Source: Puniceicoccaceae bacterium
GTDB taxonomy: Bacteria; Verrucomicrobiota; Verrucomicrobiia; Opitutales; Oceanipulchritudinaceae
DNA length: 64,000 bases
Direction: 5' to 3'
Assembly (NCBI GenBank): GCA_040830765.1
Contig: JBFOMH010000015.1
Span: forward strand, 1-64,000
Part shown: positions 1-9,160 of the stretch, in pieces
How positions within the stretch are numbered: position 1 is the first letter of the stretch
Layout: every line of letters begins with the position of its first letter
Notes under the pieces: model-generated
Databases searched by the model: none
The model's input: only the letters and a program-made list of their open reading frames with translations
Told to the model about the DNA's origin: nothing
Position numbers and translations under genes: made by a program

Positions 1-282
1 CATTAGAGCTTCCAAGGCCATTCGAATCAAGTAAGCCATACTTGCTTTTTCAGACTTGGAAATTCTCTCGAGAGAAGTCCTTTTGGCATCCGCTAGTCTA
101 ACGGATAATTGCCGGCGCTTCCCACTCGCTTTGCGGGAGACCTTTTTATAATCGAATTGCTCGATTGCGTAGTCGATGAGTTTTGAAAAAGAGACTCCAC
201 CCAGTTGTGTGCGGAGTTTCTCGAGACTTGCTGCCAACTCGGCATCAATTTCAAAGCTCAGAGGTGTTGTTTTTGATTTCAT
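1..282 (-). CDS. Tandem ribbon-helix-helix (CopG/MetJ-like) DNA-binding protein, truncated by the window edge and absent from the ORF track
   Basis: Hand translation from ATG at 282, preceded by a GGGAG SD-like motif: MKSKTTPLSFEIDAELAASLEKLRTQLGGVSFSKLIDYAIEQF...KRRQLSVRLADAKRTSLERISKSEKASMAYLIRMALEALM. The frame is open to base 1 and shows two strand-helix-helix patterns. Confidence 0.7.
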   Translation of the reverse strand, partial: MKSKTTPLSFEIDAELAASLEKLRTQLGGVSFSKLIDYAIEQFDYKKVSRKASGKRRQLSVRLADAKRTSLERISKSEKASMAYLIRMALEALM

Positions 283-486
283 CTGCTCTCCCTTGTATTG
301 GATTCAGAATACTCGGGCGAAAATAATTACAACAGGCAGATAAAAATACAACAAAAAAAAGTATTGATAAAATCGTGGTAATCGTTGTGGCGAATCCCCG
401 CAGCAGGCACTTGAAATTTGCAATGAAGAATCACTACATTGGAACCGGAACAAAATAACGGTAAACGAATGGAACGCGCTCGCCGA

Positions 487-1302
487 TCATTGAGGCAGCA
501 AACTGAACGAACGCACACGAAGGGTGACACTTTCCCGTTGGGGCCGGTTTGACCAGGTAAGTTCACTGAACATCCATTCGTTTCCAAACTGCTTGAAGCC
601 ACCGATCCGCAACCGCTTCACGCGGGCCTTGTTTTCATCATAGAAGTCAGCTTTCAGCAGGGCGGCATAATCTTCATCTATCGTCACCACGACACGGGCT
701 GGAAAGGACTGTCGTTCCGGGTTAAGCAAAACGAAACGATGAGCGGGTCGTCCAAGGTAACGGTCGGGTCCCTCATAGCTGGCATCTTTCCAGTTGAGGA
801 AAGTCATGAGTAAGTCGGACCAGGTAAACGGCAAGGAGGCGAAAATGCGCTCACTCAATTGAGCCGATTCAACCGCCACCGTTTCATCGCAACCGTCTTC
901 GCGATCCTCGATGAAGTAAGCTCCACCCTCTTCCAGAAGAATGCTTCTGACCTCGGTCTTGCCATCGGCGTTGGTAATGGCGACACGGGTCAATTCAGAT
1001 CCCCTCTGCCAGGTTCCGCTCAGTTCCAATTTATAGGAACGGGAAGGGGCCCGGCCAGGCCGGTAGACCAGCTCTCCCTCCATCTGGAACGATCCGATAT
1101 GCCGGTTGTAGAGGAACTGTTCCCAGACTTGCTCGCCTTCCCGATCTTCAAGAGCAGATGGATCTTGGCGATTAGGTGGTTCCCTGAACTTGAATTGCGC
1201 CTCCAGTTGGTGGGCGAAGGCAAAGGCCAGACCGATAGCAAAGATCAGAAAATGAAAAAGCCTGCCCCCAAAGTATGGAGGCAGGCTGAAAGTGTTCCTC
1301 AT
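487..1302 (-). CDS. Exported outer-membrane lipoprotein-sorting (LolA-like fold) protein
   Basis: Signal peptide ending AHQLEA; FTWSDL, GRPAHRF and KADFYD..KRL motifs resemble this family. Confidence 0.6.
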   Translation of the reverse strand: MRNTFSLPPYFGGRLFHFLIFAIGLAFAFAHQLEAQFKFREPPNRQDPSALEDREGEQVWEQFLYNRHIGSFQMEGELVYRPGRAPSRSYKLELSGTWQRGSELTRVAITNADGKTEVRSILLEEGGAYFIEDREDGCDETVAVESAQLSERIFASLPFTWSDLLMTFLNWKDASYEGPDRYLGRPAHRFVLLNPERQSFPARVVVTIDEDYAALLKADFYDENKARVKRLRIGGFKQFGNEWMFSELTWSNRPQRESVTLRVRSFSLLPQ

Positions 1303-1329
1303 GGAAATCTGGGCAAAGCCCGTGTAAAG

Positions 1330-1815
1330 TTAGGGAGTTGGTGCACTTTCCGGCTCAGGCAGAGTTACCGGGACAGGCTCCTCGGCCAAATCCGAAGCAG
1401 CTTCTTCGGCAGCAGCGGCAGCCTCATTGAGGACCTCCTCGGCTTCGGCAACGGCAGAATCGATCGTCTCACCAGCTTCAGCAGGCAGGGTTACCGGTTC
1501 GGCGGGAACGGATTCCTCGACAACCGGGATTTCCGGCAGGTCTGACTCCGGTGCCTTGCTTTCAGCTCCTTCGCGGCTCATGAAGAGCAGGTACAGGACA
1601 AGAGCGAGGATGAAAAAGGCAAAGGCGGCCCATTTGGTGGCCCGTTCCAGTACATTGGTGGTTTCTGCACCAAAGGTGGATTCCGTAACGCCTCCACCAA
1701 ATGCCGAGCCCATGCCGGCGTTGGAGTTGGCCCGCTGCATGAGGATGACCAACACCAGGAAGAGGCTGATGAGAATCAGTACGAAAGTGAGTAAATTGAT
1801 GACAATGGTAAGCAT
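1330..1815 (-). CDS. secG: Preprotein translocase subunit SecG with a long acidic C-terminal tail
   Basis: Two TM helices around the ILMQ...GMGSAFGGG...FG...LERAT signature. Confidence 0.92.
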   Translation of the reverse strand: MLTIVINLLTFVLILISLFLVLVILMQRANSNAGMGSAFGGGVTESTFGAETTNVLERATKWAAFAFFILALVLYLLFMSREGAESKAPESDLPEIPVVEESVPAEPVTLPAEAGETIDSAVAEAEEVLNEAAAAAEEAASDLAEEPVPVTLPEPESAPTP

Positions 1816-1909
1816 GAGGTGTGTCTCTCTTTAGAAAAACGTGCAACGCTGGCGACCCTTAGATCAAGTTTCAAGTAAAATTTCCTCAACTGGCGGGTGC
1901 CGGGCCAGC

Positions 1910-2935
1910 CTAATGAAGGCCCATTTGTTCGATAATACGCTGCAAGTCGTCGTTGCCGTGGTACTCGATGATGATGCGCCCCTTCTTGGGCGTGTGCTTC
2001 AGAGTCACCCGGGTACTGAAACTGCTCGATAATTGCTTTTGTAAATCCTCGATCGCCCGTTGCTCGTCAGCGGGAGCAGTACTGCGCTGTTTCGGGGGTC
2101 GCTCGGTGCGGACCTTCGCCCGTTCCACCTGCCGTTCAATTTCCCGCACGCTCCATCCTCTCTCGATGGACTGCCTGGACAGCAGCAGGCGGGTTTCGAG
2201 ATCGTCCAGACCGAGGAGCACCTTGGCGTGGCCAACAGAGAGCAGCCCCTTAATGATGTAGGCTTGGATTTCCCGCTGCAATTGAAGCAGGCGCAACGCA
2301 TTGGCCACCGAGGCCCGGCTACGGCCCACCCTTTCAGCAGCCTGCTCCTGGGTAAGGTCAAAGTCGCGGATAAGGCTGGCATAGCCCATCGCCTCTTCAA
2401 TCGGATTAAGGTTTTCCCGCTGCAGGTTCTCAATTAGGGAAAGGACCGCGCTGGAGGATTCCGATGCCTCAATGACTCTGGCGGGAATCTGCTTTAACTT
2501 GAGTTTCTGGCAGGCACGCCAGCGGCGTTCCCCGGCAATGAGTTCAAACTTGTTCTCCCTTGCCCGGACCACGACCGGCTGCAGTAAACCTTCCGAACGG
2601 ATGCTTTCGGCCAGCTCGCCGAGGCTTTCCTCATGGAATTCCCGGCGCGGCTGATGGGGATTCGGGACAATCCGGTTGATGGGAATCTCCAGTAATCCAA
2701 GGGCATTTTCACGGGCCGGGGCCTCCGCTTTTCCCGGAGGGTTGGCTGGACGCCGTTTAGCTGCCTTTTTGCCAGCTTTCGTTGGCTTAGGGGTTTTCTT
2801 CTTTACTGTCTTTGCCGGCCGCTTGGTGGAAGTTGCCTTTTTCTTCGCTGCCTTTTTCTGGGCAGGGGCCGGCGTACTGATGCCCCCACTGATGAGCGAA
2901 CCCAATCCACGCCCCAATCCTGTTTTCTTTGCCAT
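1910..2935 (-). CDS. parB: Chromosome partitioning protein ParB
   Basis: GLGRGL N-terminal peptide, NPHQPRR, GLLQP, AGERRWRA, IENLQRENL and an HTH region. Confidence 0.95.
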   Translation of the reverse strand: MAKKTGLGRGLGSLISGGISTPAPAQKKAAKKKATSTKRPAKTVKKKTPKPTKAGKKAAKRRPANPPGKAEAPARENALGLLEIPINRIVPNPHQPRREFHEESLGELAESIRSEGLLQPVVVRARENKFELIAGERRWRACQKLKLKQIPARVIEASESSSAVLSLIENLQRENLNPIEEAMGYASLIRDFDLTQEQAAERVGRSRASVANALRLLQLQREIQAYIIKGLLSVGHAKVLLGLDDLETRLLLSRQSIERGWSVREIERQVERAKVRTERPPKQRSTAPADEQRAIEDLQKQLSSSFSTRVTLKHTPKKGRIIIEYHGNDDLQRIIEQMGLH

Positions 2936-2940
2936 GGTTA

Positions 2941-3546
2941 TTAATTCTTCAAGGGAATGAAAAGTTCCTGTCCCGGATAGATGACATCGGAAGCGAGTCG
3001 GTTGGCATTGCGAATCCAGTCGACCCGGGAACCCATTTTGCGGGCAATCCCGGAAAGGGAATCCCCGCTCTGCACGGTGTAGGAGGTGCCCGTGCGGGGG
3101 TAATCATCACTGAACACCACTACCTGCTCCAGCTGGGGCTGACCTTCGAGGCTTTTGGCCAGGGCGTTGATAGCCTTCTGGGTCTTTTCCGCCAGCGACT
3201 CGATTTCCTTGGAGACTTCATCAACCAGACCTTGCCGGCTGGCCTGGTTGGCGGATTGTATCCGCTGCTCGAAGGATTTCAGGATGGCATTCAACTGCTC
3301 CGGGCTGACACTGTCATTTCCAGACCCAACCTGTGCCTGGACCCAGTCGCGTAATTCCTTGTTTTCACGACGCAAGGCCTCCACTTCAAAGCGGAGGGAA
3401 CGGACAACCTGATCCAGTCGGTCAACATCACTTCGAAGGTTGGCCAACTGCACATTGACCGGGGTCACCTGTGCGGTGGCCGAAAGAGTCCCCAGAACAC
3501 AGGCTGCTGCCAGGAAAATGGGGAGTCGCATTTGTGCAAAGCTCAT
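2941..3546 (-). CDS. Exported coiled-coil protein with a C-terminal LysM domain (start re-called at MSFAQMR)
   Basis: Signal peptide ending ATA|Q, heptad-like region, and LysM motif YTVQSGDSLSGIARK...IYPGQELFIP. Confidence 0.85.
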   Translation of the reverse strand: MSFAQMRLPIFLAAACVLGTLSATAQVTPVNVQLANLRSDVDRLDQVVRSLRFEVEALRRENKELRDWVQAQVGSGNDSVSPEQLNAILKSFEQRIQSANQASRQGLVDEVSKEIESLAEKTQKAINALAKSLEGQPQLEQVVVFSDDYPRTGTSYTVQSGDSLSGIARKMGSRVDWIRNANRLASDVIYPGQELFIPLKN

Positions 3547-3610
3547 AGTAAACGGTATTGCCATAATTTGCCCATGGGTCAACGACCTAAACAGGGCTGG
3601 TGAGGGAATT

Positions 3611-4600
3611 TCACTTCTTCTTGTACGGGAACGGTTCCCGGGCTTCGAGTTCCCGCATGGGCCGGCTTTCGAGGCACTGGCCTTCTGCAATCGGAAATCC
3701 GCGTAGAAAGGCATCCGCCGGCAATGGCTTACCACCGGGACGCTGCAGGCAAAGGGCCTTCAGGATGCCCGTGCCACAGGCAATGCGAAGGCCACCATCG
3801 GGACTGGCAAGAACCGTCCCCGGTGAGGCGTCCGCTGTCGATTGCTCCAACTCAGCCTCCAGAATCCGGATCTCTGTTCCCTTAACAGGAAATGCAGTAC
3901 CCGGCCATGGTTGAAAAGCCCGGATGCGATTATAGAGCTCCACTGCCGGTTGGTTGAAGTCAAGATGACAGTCCGTCTTCTCGATGATACGGCAATAAGT
4001 GACAGCCGACTCGTCTTGCTCAAGGAATTCCAACTCGCCGCCAGCAAGCCGGGTTAATCCCCTCGACATCAGAACTGGAGCCGCTTCGGCCAGCTTTTTC
4101 TGAACATCAGCGACGGTATCTTCCTTTAGGATGGAAACTTTCTCACAGTCCGCCACCGGTCCGGCGTCCAGCTTGGGTATGATGCGCATCAGGCAGAGTC
4201 CTGTTTCCTGATGGCCCAGCGCAACCGCGGTATGAATCGGGGAAGCCCCCCTGAGACGTGGCAGAAGCGACGCATGCAGGTTGAGCGTGCCCATGGTTGG
4301 CGCCTCGAGGAAGCTTTTTGGCAGAATCTGTCCATAGGCCATGGCCACCACCACATCGATGCCATTCTCACGCAGGTATTCAGCATCCTCCTGACCGCAC
4401 TTGACCGGCTGCCGGACATCGACTCCAGCATCCATGGCCCATTGCTTGATCGCGTTTGGTTGCAGGTGCATGCCCCGGCCCGTCCGCCGGTCCGGTTGTG
4501 TGTAAACCGATACGAGCTCGAAGCCAGCCGGTGATTCCCGGTGCAAATGCTGCAGGACCGGCAGGACAATCGGATCCGACCCCATGAAGACCAGTCTCAT
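3611..4600 (-). CDS. fmt: Methionyl-tRNA formyltransferase
   Basis: VFMGS, TQPDR, AYGQI, NLHASLLPRLRGASPI, LDAGP and RAFQPWPG motifs. Confidence 0.96.
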   Translation of the reverse strand: MRLVFMGSDPIVLPVLQHLHRESPAGFELVSVYTQPDRRTGRGMHLQPNAIKQWAMDAGVDVRQPVKCGQEDAEYLRENGIDVVVAMAYGQILPKSFLEAPTMGTLNLHASLLPRLRGASPIHTAVALGHQETGLCLMRIIPKLDAGPVADCEKVSILKEDTVADVQKKLAEAAPVLMSRGLTRLAGGELEFLEQDESAVTYCRIIEKTDCHLDFNQPAVELYNRIRAFQPWPGTAFPVKGTEIRILEAELEQSTADASPGTVLASPDGGLRIACGTGILKALCLQRPGGKPLPADAFLRGFPIAEGQCLESRPMRELEAREPFPYKKK

Positions 4601-6006
4601 CGGCGGCTCCTTTTGCCGGGAGGCGCATATCGCTTTTCCTTGCCCTTCAATTCAAACTGGATGGGACACCCACTGAGATGGAAGTGCTTGATGAAGCCAT
4701 TCTGCAAATAGCGCCGGTAACTGTCATCCAGTTTGGTCGCGCGGTTGCAGAAAATCCGGAAGGAGAACGGTCGGTTACCAGTCTGTACGGAATAATAGGC
4801 CTTGAAGCGCTTGTTGTCGATGTAACGGGGCTGCCGTTTCTCGATCATGCCATGGACCAGGGCATTGACCTTCGGTGTGGCAAGGGTTCGGCCTGAGGTC
4901 TCCCAGAGGGCGCGCGCCACCTTGAGGACACGGTCCATGGCGAACCCTCGCAAGGCGGAGACAAACAATACAGGACTGTCGGGGAGGAAAAAGATCTCCC
5001 GCAGGGCATTCTGGGCATAGCTCTTGCGGAAGGCATCCATGTTCTCGTACTGGTCCGGCTGGTTGGCCCGGAAGCGGTCAATGGCCACGTCCCACTTGTT
5101 GACCACAAGGGCCACGCTTTTTCCAGCGTCCATGATCTCCCCGGCAAGGGCCTTGTCCTGGCGCGTGACACCTGACTCGGCGTCTATGACCAGGAAAACG
5201 ATGTCAGATCGCTCAATGGCATGCCGGGTACGAACCGTGCTGAAGTACTCGATTGAATGGCTGACCCGTTTCCGCCGGCGCAATCCGGCCGTATCGACGA
5301 GACGGAATGGAAGACTGATCCCGTCCTTGGTCTGGAAGTCGAGGTCCAGCATGACACTGTCCCGCGTGGTCCCCGGGACTTCGCTCACCACTAGCCGCTC
5401 ATCTTCAAGAAGGAAATTACAGAGGCTTGACTTGCCGACATTCGGCCGCCCGACAAAGGCCAGGTGAATGCGGTGCGGTTCGCTTTCTTCGGGAGCTTCA
5501 GGGGCCGGCCCGATTACGGACTCAATCGCATCCTCGACTCCCTTGACGTTGTATCCGTGTTCGGCCGAAACCGGAAACAGTTCAGAAAAGCCCAAGGCCT
5601 CAAAGTCGGTCACCCGGCCTTCCATTCCCTCGTCATCAATCTTGTTGACGATAGCCAGCACGGTTTTCCCGCTCTGGCGCAAGCGCTCGGCAATCGTCTC
5701 GTCGAGGGTAGTCAGCCCCTCCCGCCCATCGAGGACAAAACAAATCAGATCCGCCGCCTCGACCGCAAACCAGACTTGCTCCTCGGCCGCGGCAATCAGC
5801 TTCTCGTGGTCCATGTCGACCACCAGCCCGATGCCGCCGGTGTCCAGCAGGTTGTAGTGATTTTTCACTACCGTTGAATTGACATCCCGCGTCACCCCCG
5901 CCTGGTCATGGACAATGGCCAGCCGGCGGCGGGCCAGGCGGTTGAAAAGGCGGCTTTTGCCGACATTGGGACGGCCGACAAGGGCCACTGTGGAAAGGTT
6001 CTTCAT
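4597..6006 (-). CDS. der: Ribosome biogenesis GTPase Der (EngA)
   Basis: Two GRPNVGKS P-loops, DTGG/DTAG, NKID/NKWD and a KH-like tail; 4-bp overlap with fmt. Confidence 0.97.
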   Translation of the reverse strand: MKNLSTVALVGRPNVGKSRLFNRLARRRLAIVHDQAGVTRDVNSTVVKNHYNLLDTGGIGLVVDMDHEKLIAAAEEQVWFAVEAADLICFVLDGREGLTTLDETIAERLRQSGKTVLAIVNKIDDEGMEGRVTDFEALGFSELFPVSAEHGYNVKGVEDAIESVIGPAPEAPEESEPHRIHLAFVGRPNVGKSSLCNFLLEDERLVVSEVPGTTRDSVMLDLDFQTKDGISLPFRLVDTAGLRRRKRVSHSIEYFSTVRTRHAIERSDIVFLVIDAESGVTRQDKALAGEIMDAGKSVALVVNKWDVAIDRFRANQPDQYENMDAFRKSYAQNALREIFFLPDSPVLFVSALRGFAMDRVLKVARALWETSGRTLATPKVNALVHGMIEKRQPRYIDNKRFKAYYSVQTGNRPFSFRIFCNRATKLDDSYRRYLQNGFIKHFHLSGCPIQFELKGKEKRYAPPGKRSRR

Positions 6007-6012
6007 GAATGA

Positions 6013-7176
6013 CTAGAGGGAGTCGACAAAGGCCTGCATGCGGTTGCAAGCCTCCTCGATTTTTTCGTAGCGGGTTGAAAAGCTGGCCCGGACAAAATCC
6101 GATCCGTCTTTTCCAAAAGCAGTACCGGGAACAACGGCCACTTCCCCTTCCTGGAGGAGGCGGGTGGCAAAAGTCTTCCCGTCGAGACCGGTTGGGGTGA
6201 CATCCGGAAAGGTGTAGAAGGTCGCCTGCGGCATATGGCAGGAAAGGCCGATCTCACGAAAGCGCCGGACCAGGAAATCGCGGCGACGACGGTAGGAGTC
6301 GCGCATCGACTCCACGGAATCACTGGAATTGCGCAGCGCCTCGATTCCGGCCTCCTGGACAAAGATGGGCACACTCATGACGGCGTACTGGTGCACCTTC
6401 ATCATGGCTTCGATGATTTCGTGTGGGGCACAGGCATAGCCAATCCGGAATCCGGTCATGGCAAATGCCTTGGATACGCCGTGCAGGAAAACCGTCCGTT
6501 CGCGCATGCCGGGGAAGCTGGCGATGCTGACATGTTCACCCTCATAGGTCAGCTCGGCATAAATTTCATCGCTGAGGACGATAAGGTTCTTCTCCACCGC
6601 GAAGGCGGCGATTTTTTCCAGCCTTTCCCGTTCCACTACCCCGCCTGTGGGATTGGTCGGGAAATTGAGAATGAGCAACTTGGTCCCCGGCTCCCAGGCA
6701 TTTGCCAGGTCCTCCACCCGCAGGGCAAACCCGTCGCTGGCATGGGTGGCCACACCAAGGGGAATACCTCCAGCCAACTGGACACTGGGAGAATAGCTGA
6801 CGTAACAGGGTTCGTGATAGAGGACCTTGTCTCCCGGATCGATTAGCGCGCGGATGGCGGTATCCATGGTCTCCGAGACACCGATGCCGATGAGGCACTC
6901 CTTACCGGGATCATAGGAAAGGCCAAAAATCCGTTCCACGTAGTCGGTTACCGCGCGCCGAAATGCCAGCAAGCCAAGGTTGTCGGTGTAACTGGTGCGC
7001 CCCTTCTCAAGGGAATATATAGCGGCCTCGCGAATATTCCAGGGCGTGACAAAATCGGGTTCGCCAATGCCAAGGGAAATCGCCTGTGGCATTTGCTGCA
7101 CAAGGGCGAAAAAGTCCCGGATACCGGAGCGCTGCAGCCCGTGTACATGACGGGCGATGACATTTTCGTAATTCAT
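6013..7176 (-). CDS. PLP-dependent aminotransferase class I/II (YugH/AlaT-like; start re-called at MNYENV)
   Basis: SGIRDFF, SLGIGEPDF, PTNPTG, SDEIYAEL and SKAFAMTGFRIG (PLP lysine). Confidence 0.92.
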   Translation of the reverse strand: MNYENVIARHVHGLQRSGIRDFFALVQQMPQAISLGIGEPDFVTPWNIREAAIYSLEKGRTSYTDNLGLLAFRRAVTDYVERIFGLSYDPGKECLIGIGVSETMDTAIRALIDPGDKVLYHEPCYVSYSPSVQLAGGIPLGVATHASDGFALRVEDLANAWEPGTKLLILNFPTNPTGGVVERERLEKIAAFAVEKNLIVLSDEIYAELTYEGEHVSIASFPGMRERTVFLHGVSKAFAMTGFRIGYACAPHEIIEAMMKVHQYAVMSVPIFVQEAGIEALRNSSDSVESMRDSYRRRRDFLVRRFREIGLSCHMPQATFYTFPDVTPTGLDGKTFATRLLQEGEVAVVPGTAFGKDGSDFVRASFSTRYEKIEEACNRMQAFVDSL

Positions 7177-7195
7177 GGATGAACGAATGCAAATT

Positions 7196-7681
7196 CTACG
7201 GACTGATGGCCGGCTTATCCGTATCCTCTGGATCATGGCCCAGGAGGATACCGTCCACCTTATAGCAACGGAGCATGAAGCGGGTCGCCGTGGACTGGAC
7301 AGCACCCAGCGTGGCCAGCTTTTCCGAGACAAACGTCGCCACCGAGAGCAGGTTCTTGCCCCGGACCACGACCAGGAGGTCATAGCCACCACTCATCAGG
7401 TAACAGGTGACCACTTGATCAAAGCGGGCGATCCGTTCGGCGATGTGGTTGAAGCCGCCTTCCCGTTCCGGCACGATGGAGACCTCGATAAGAGCCTGGA
7501 CCACGTTTTCCGCCAGCGCCTTCGGATTGATGACGGGACGCCAGCCCAGCAGCATCTGGTCAGTCTCCAGCTTTGCCAGGGTGGCTTCAATTTCCGCTTC
7601 GCTGACACCCAGGATGGAAGCCATGGCATCCGTGCTGACAGCTTCCCCTTCAAGCAGTAATTTCAGGACATCTTTGATCAT
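7196..7681 (-). CDS. Lrp/AsnC family transcriptional regulator (YugG-like)
   Basis: N-terminal HTH, YLMSGGYDL and STATRF motifs; directly upstream of the aminotransferase. Confidence 0.9.
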   Translation of the reverse strand: MIKDVLKLLLEGEAVSTDAMASILGVSEAEIEATLAKLETDQMLLGWRPVINPKALAENVVQALIEVSIVPEREGGFNHIAERIARFDQVVTCYLMSGGYDLLVVVRGKNLLSVATFVSEKLATLGAVQSTATRFMLRCYKVDGILLGHDPEDTDKPAISP

Positions 7682-7803
7682 AACCCGGCACTATGGGCAT
7701 TCCCTTCGCCGCATGCACGAATTTTTTTAGGATTCCTCGGAATGCTTTCACCTGATGCAAGTGCCGCTTGATTCCACTCCCCAAGTTGGCAAAGGTAAAG
7801 GTG

Positions 7804-8799
7804 ATGGAACGTGGTGGTGACAAGACTCTGGATCCTCAGGTCCGCGAGGTGCTCGAACAGCATCTGGCTCCGGCAACCGGGACCATACCCCTGGAAACCT
7901 TTATCGATCTGGCCCTCTACCATCCGCAGGTTGGCTACTACCTGCGCCCGGAGAGCCGGGTTGGTCATCGTTCCGGGACCGATTTCTATACCGCCCAAAG
8001 CCTGGGCACGGTTTACTCCAACCTGGTCCTTGCGGCCCTGGAGGAATTATCCGGTTCAAGCCTCGATACCTTCAGCCTCGTCGAATTCGGCCCGGAATCT
8101 TCAGCCGGCACAATGGGTCCTGCCGGTAAATCTCCTTTCAGGGAAACGCTGTTGGTCAGGCCCGGAGAGGCCTTTACCATCCCTTCCCGGTCCATCGTCT
8201 TTTCCAATGAACTGTTTGATGCCCAGCCATTCCGGCGTTTCATCCGGCGAAACGACAAATGGATGGAAGCCGGCGTGCGCATCACTGATAACGCCCTTGA
8301 TTGGTGCGAGTTGGAACCCGCTCAGTCGCTTCCTCCCCTTCCGGAGGCCAGTGAAGGCTATATCATCGACTGGCCTGGCCAGGCCCGTCAATTGATGCAG
8401 GACATCTGCTCGCAATCGTGGGAAGGGCTCTTTGTCGCCTTCGACTACGGTCTGGAACGTTCGGTCATCTTCAGTGAACGGCCTTCCGGGACAGGGCGCA
8501 CCTATGCAGACCATCAACTGGGAACGGACCTGCTGGCCAATCCCGGGCACATCGACATCACCTGCCACGTCATCTGGGATGAACTGGAGGACGCCCTCCG
8601 CGATAACGCCTTCGAATCCATCCGGATTGAGCGCCAGGAGGCCTTTTTCATGCATCATTCGAGAAAGGAGATTGCCCGCATCCTGGAGGGGTCTGCAGGC
8701 AGCTTTTCCCCTGAGAAACAGACCCTCATGGAGCTGCTCCATCCGGAAAACATGGGCCATAAGTTTCAGGTTCTGAGTGCTCGGCGGGGTGAACTTTAA
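7804..8799 (+). CDS. MidA/NDUFAF7-family SAM-dependent methyltransferase (start uncertain, 7768-7804)
   Basis: ALYHP..GYY, DFYTA, SNELFDA, FDYG, PG..DITCHV and HPENMG..FQV motifs. Confidence 0.85.
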   Translation: MERGGDKTLDPQVREVLEQHLAPATGTIPLETFIDLALYHPQVGYYLRPESRVGHRSGTDFYTAQSLGTVYSNLVLAALEELSGSSLDTFSLVEFGPESSAGTMGPAGKSPFRETLLVRPGEAFTIPSRSIVFSNELFDAQPFRRFIRRNDKWMEAGVRITDNALDWCELEPAQSLPPLPEASEGYIIDWPGQARQLMQDICSQSWEGLFVAFDYGLERSVIFSERPSGTGRTYADHQLGTDLLANPGHIDITCHVIWDELEDALRDNAFESIRIERQEAFFMHHSRKEIARILEGSAGSFSPEKQTLMELLHPENMGHKFQVLSARRGEL

Positions 8800-8806
8800 A
8801 AAAAAC

Positions 8807-8834
8807 TTGCCATCGGCAGGCACTGACCTACGGT
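8807..8834 (+). promoter_or_regulatory. Putative sigma70 promoter of rpmB
   Basis: TTGCCA-N16-TACGGT after an A-tract; AGGAG SD before ATG 8863. Confidence 0.45.
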
Positions 8835-8862
8835 TTCCCGCTTTTCTACAGGAGAAATAACC

Positions 8863-9093
8863 ATGGCACGAATTTGTACAGTTACTGGAAAGCGCCCCGT
8901 CAGTGGCAGCCGCATCCACCGCAAAGGTCTGACCAAAAAGAGCGGCGGTATCGGCACGCACATCGCCAAGATCAGCAAGCGCACCTTCAAGCCCAATGTT
9001 CAGCGCGTCCGCGTCCGCATGCCCAACGGGCAGGTCAAGCGGGTCTGGGTTTCCGCCAAGGCCCTCAAGGCCGGCAAGGTCGTCAAGGCCTGA
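8863..9093 (+). CDS. rpmB: 50S ribosomal protein L28
   Basis: MARICTVTGK...KRTFKPNVQ...VSAKALK. Confidence 0.96.
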   Translation: MARICTVTGKRPVSGSRIHRKGLTKKSGGIGTHIAKISKRTFKPNVQRVRVRMPNGQVKRVWVSAKALKAGKVVKA

Positions 9094-9120
9094 AGCGTTT
9101 CCAAATAGCACCCATTTTCA

Positions 9121-9149
9121 ACCCCGGTTCAGGCAACCGGGGTTTTTTT
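9121..9149 (+). terminator. Intrinsic terminator after rpmB
   Basis: ACCCCGGTT-caggc-AACCGGGGT stem-loop followed by a T tract, between convergent rpmB and cobA. Confidence 0.88.
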
Positions 9150-9160
9150 GTGCCCAAATC

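Noticed and set aside
327..602. 91-aa minus-strand ORF
   Set aside because: It overlaps the LolA-like gene in another frame and runs through AT-rich promoter-like DNA, with no protein features.
6930..6950. GTTCCACGT half-match to parS near parB
   Set aside because: The second arm does not match the TGTTTCACGTGAAACA palindrome.
8863..9093. L28 with a single Cys as part of a zinc-sparing theme with LigA
   Set aside because: Zinc-free L28 is common (E. coli type), so it gives no independent support.
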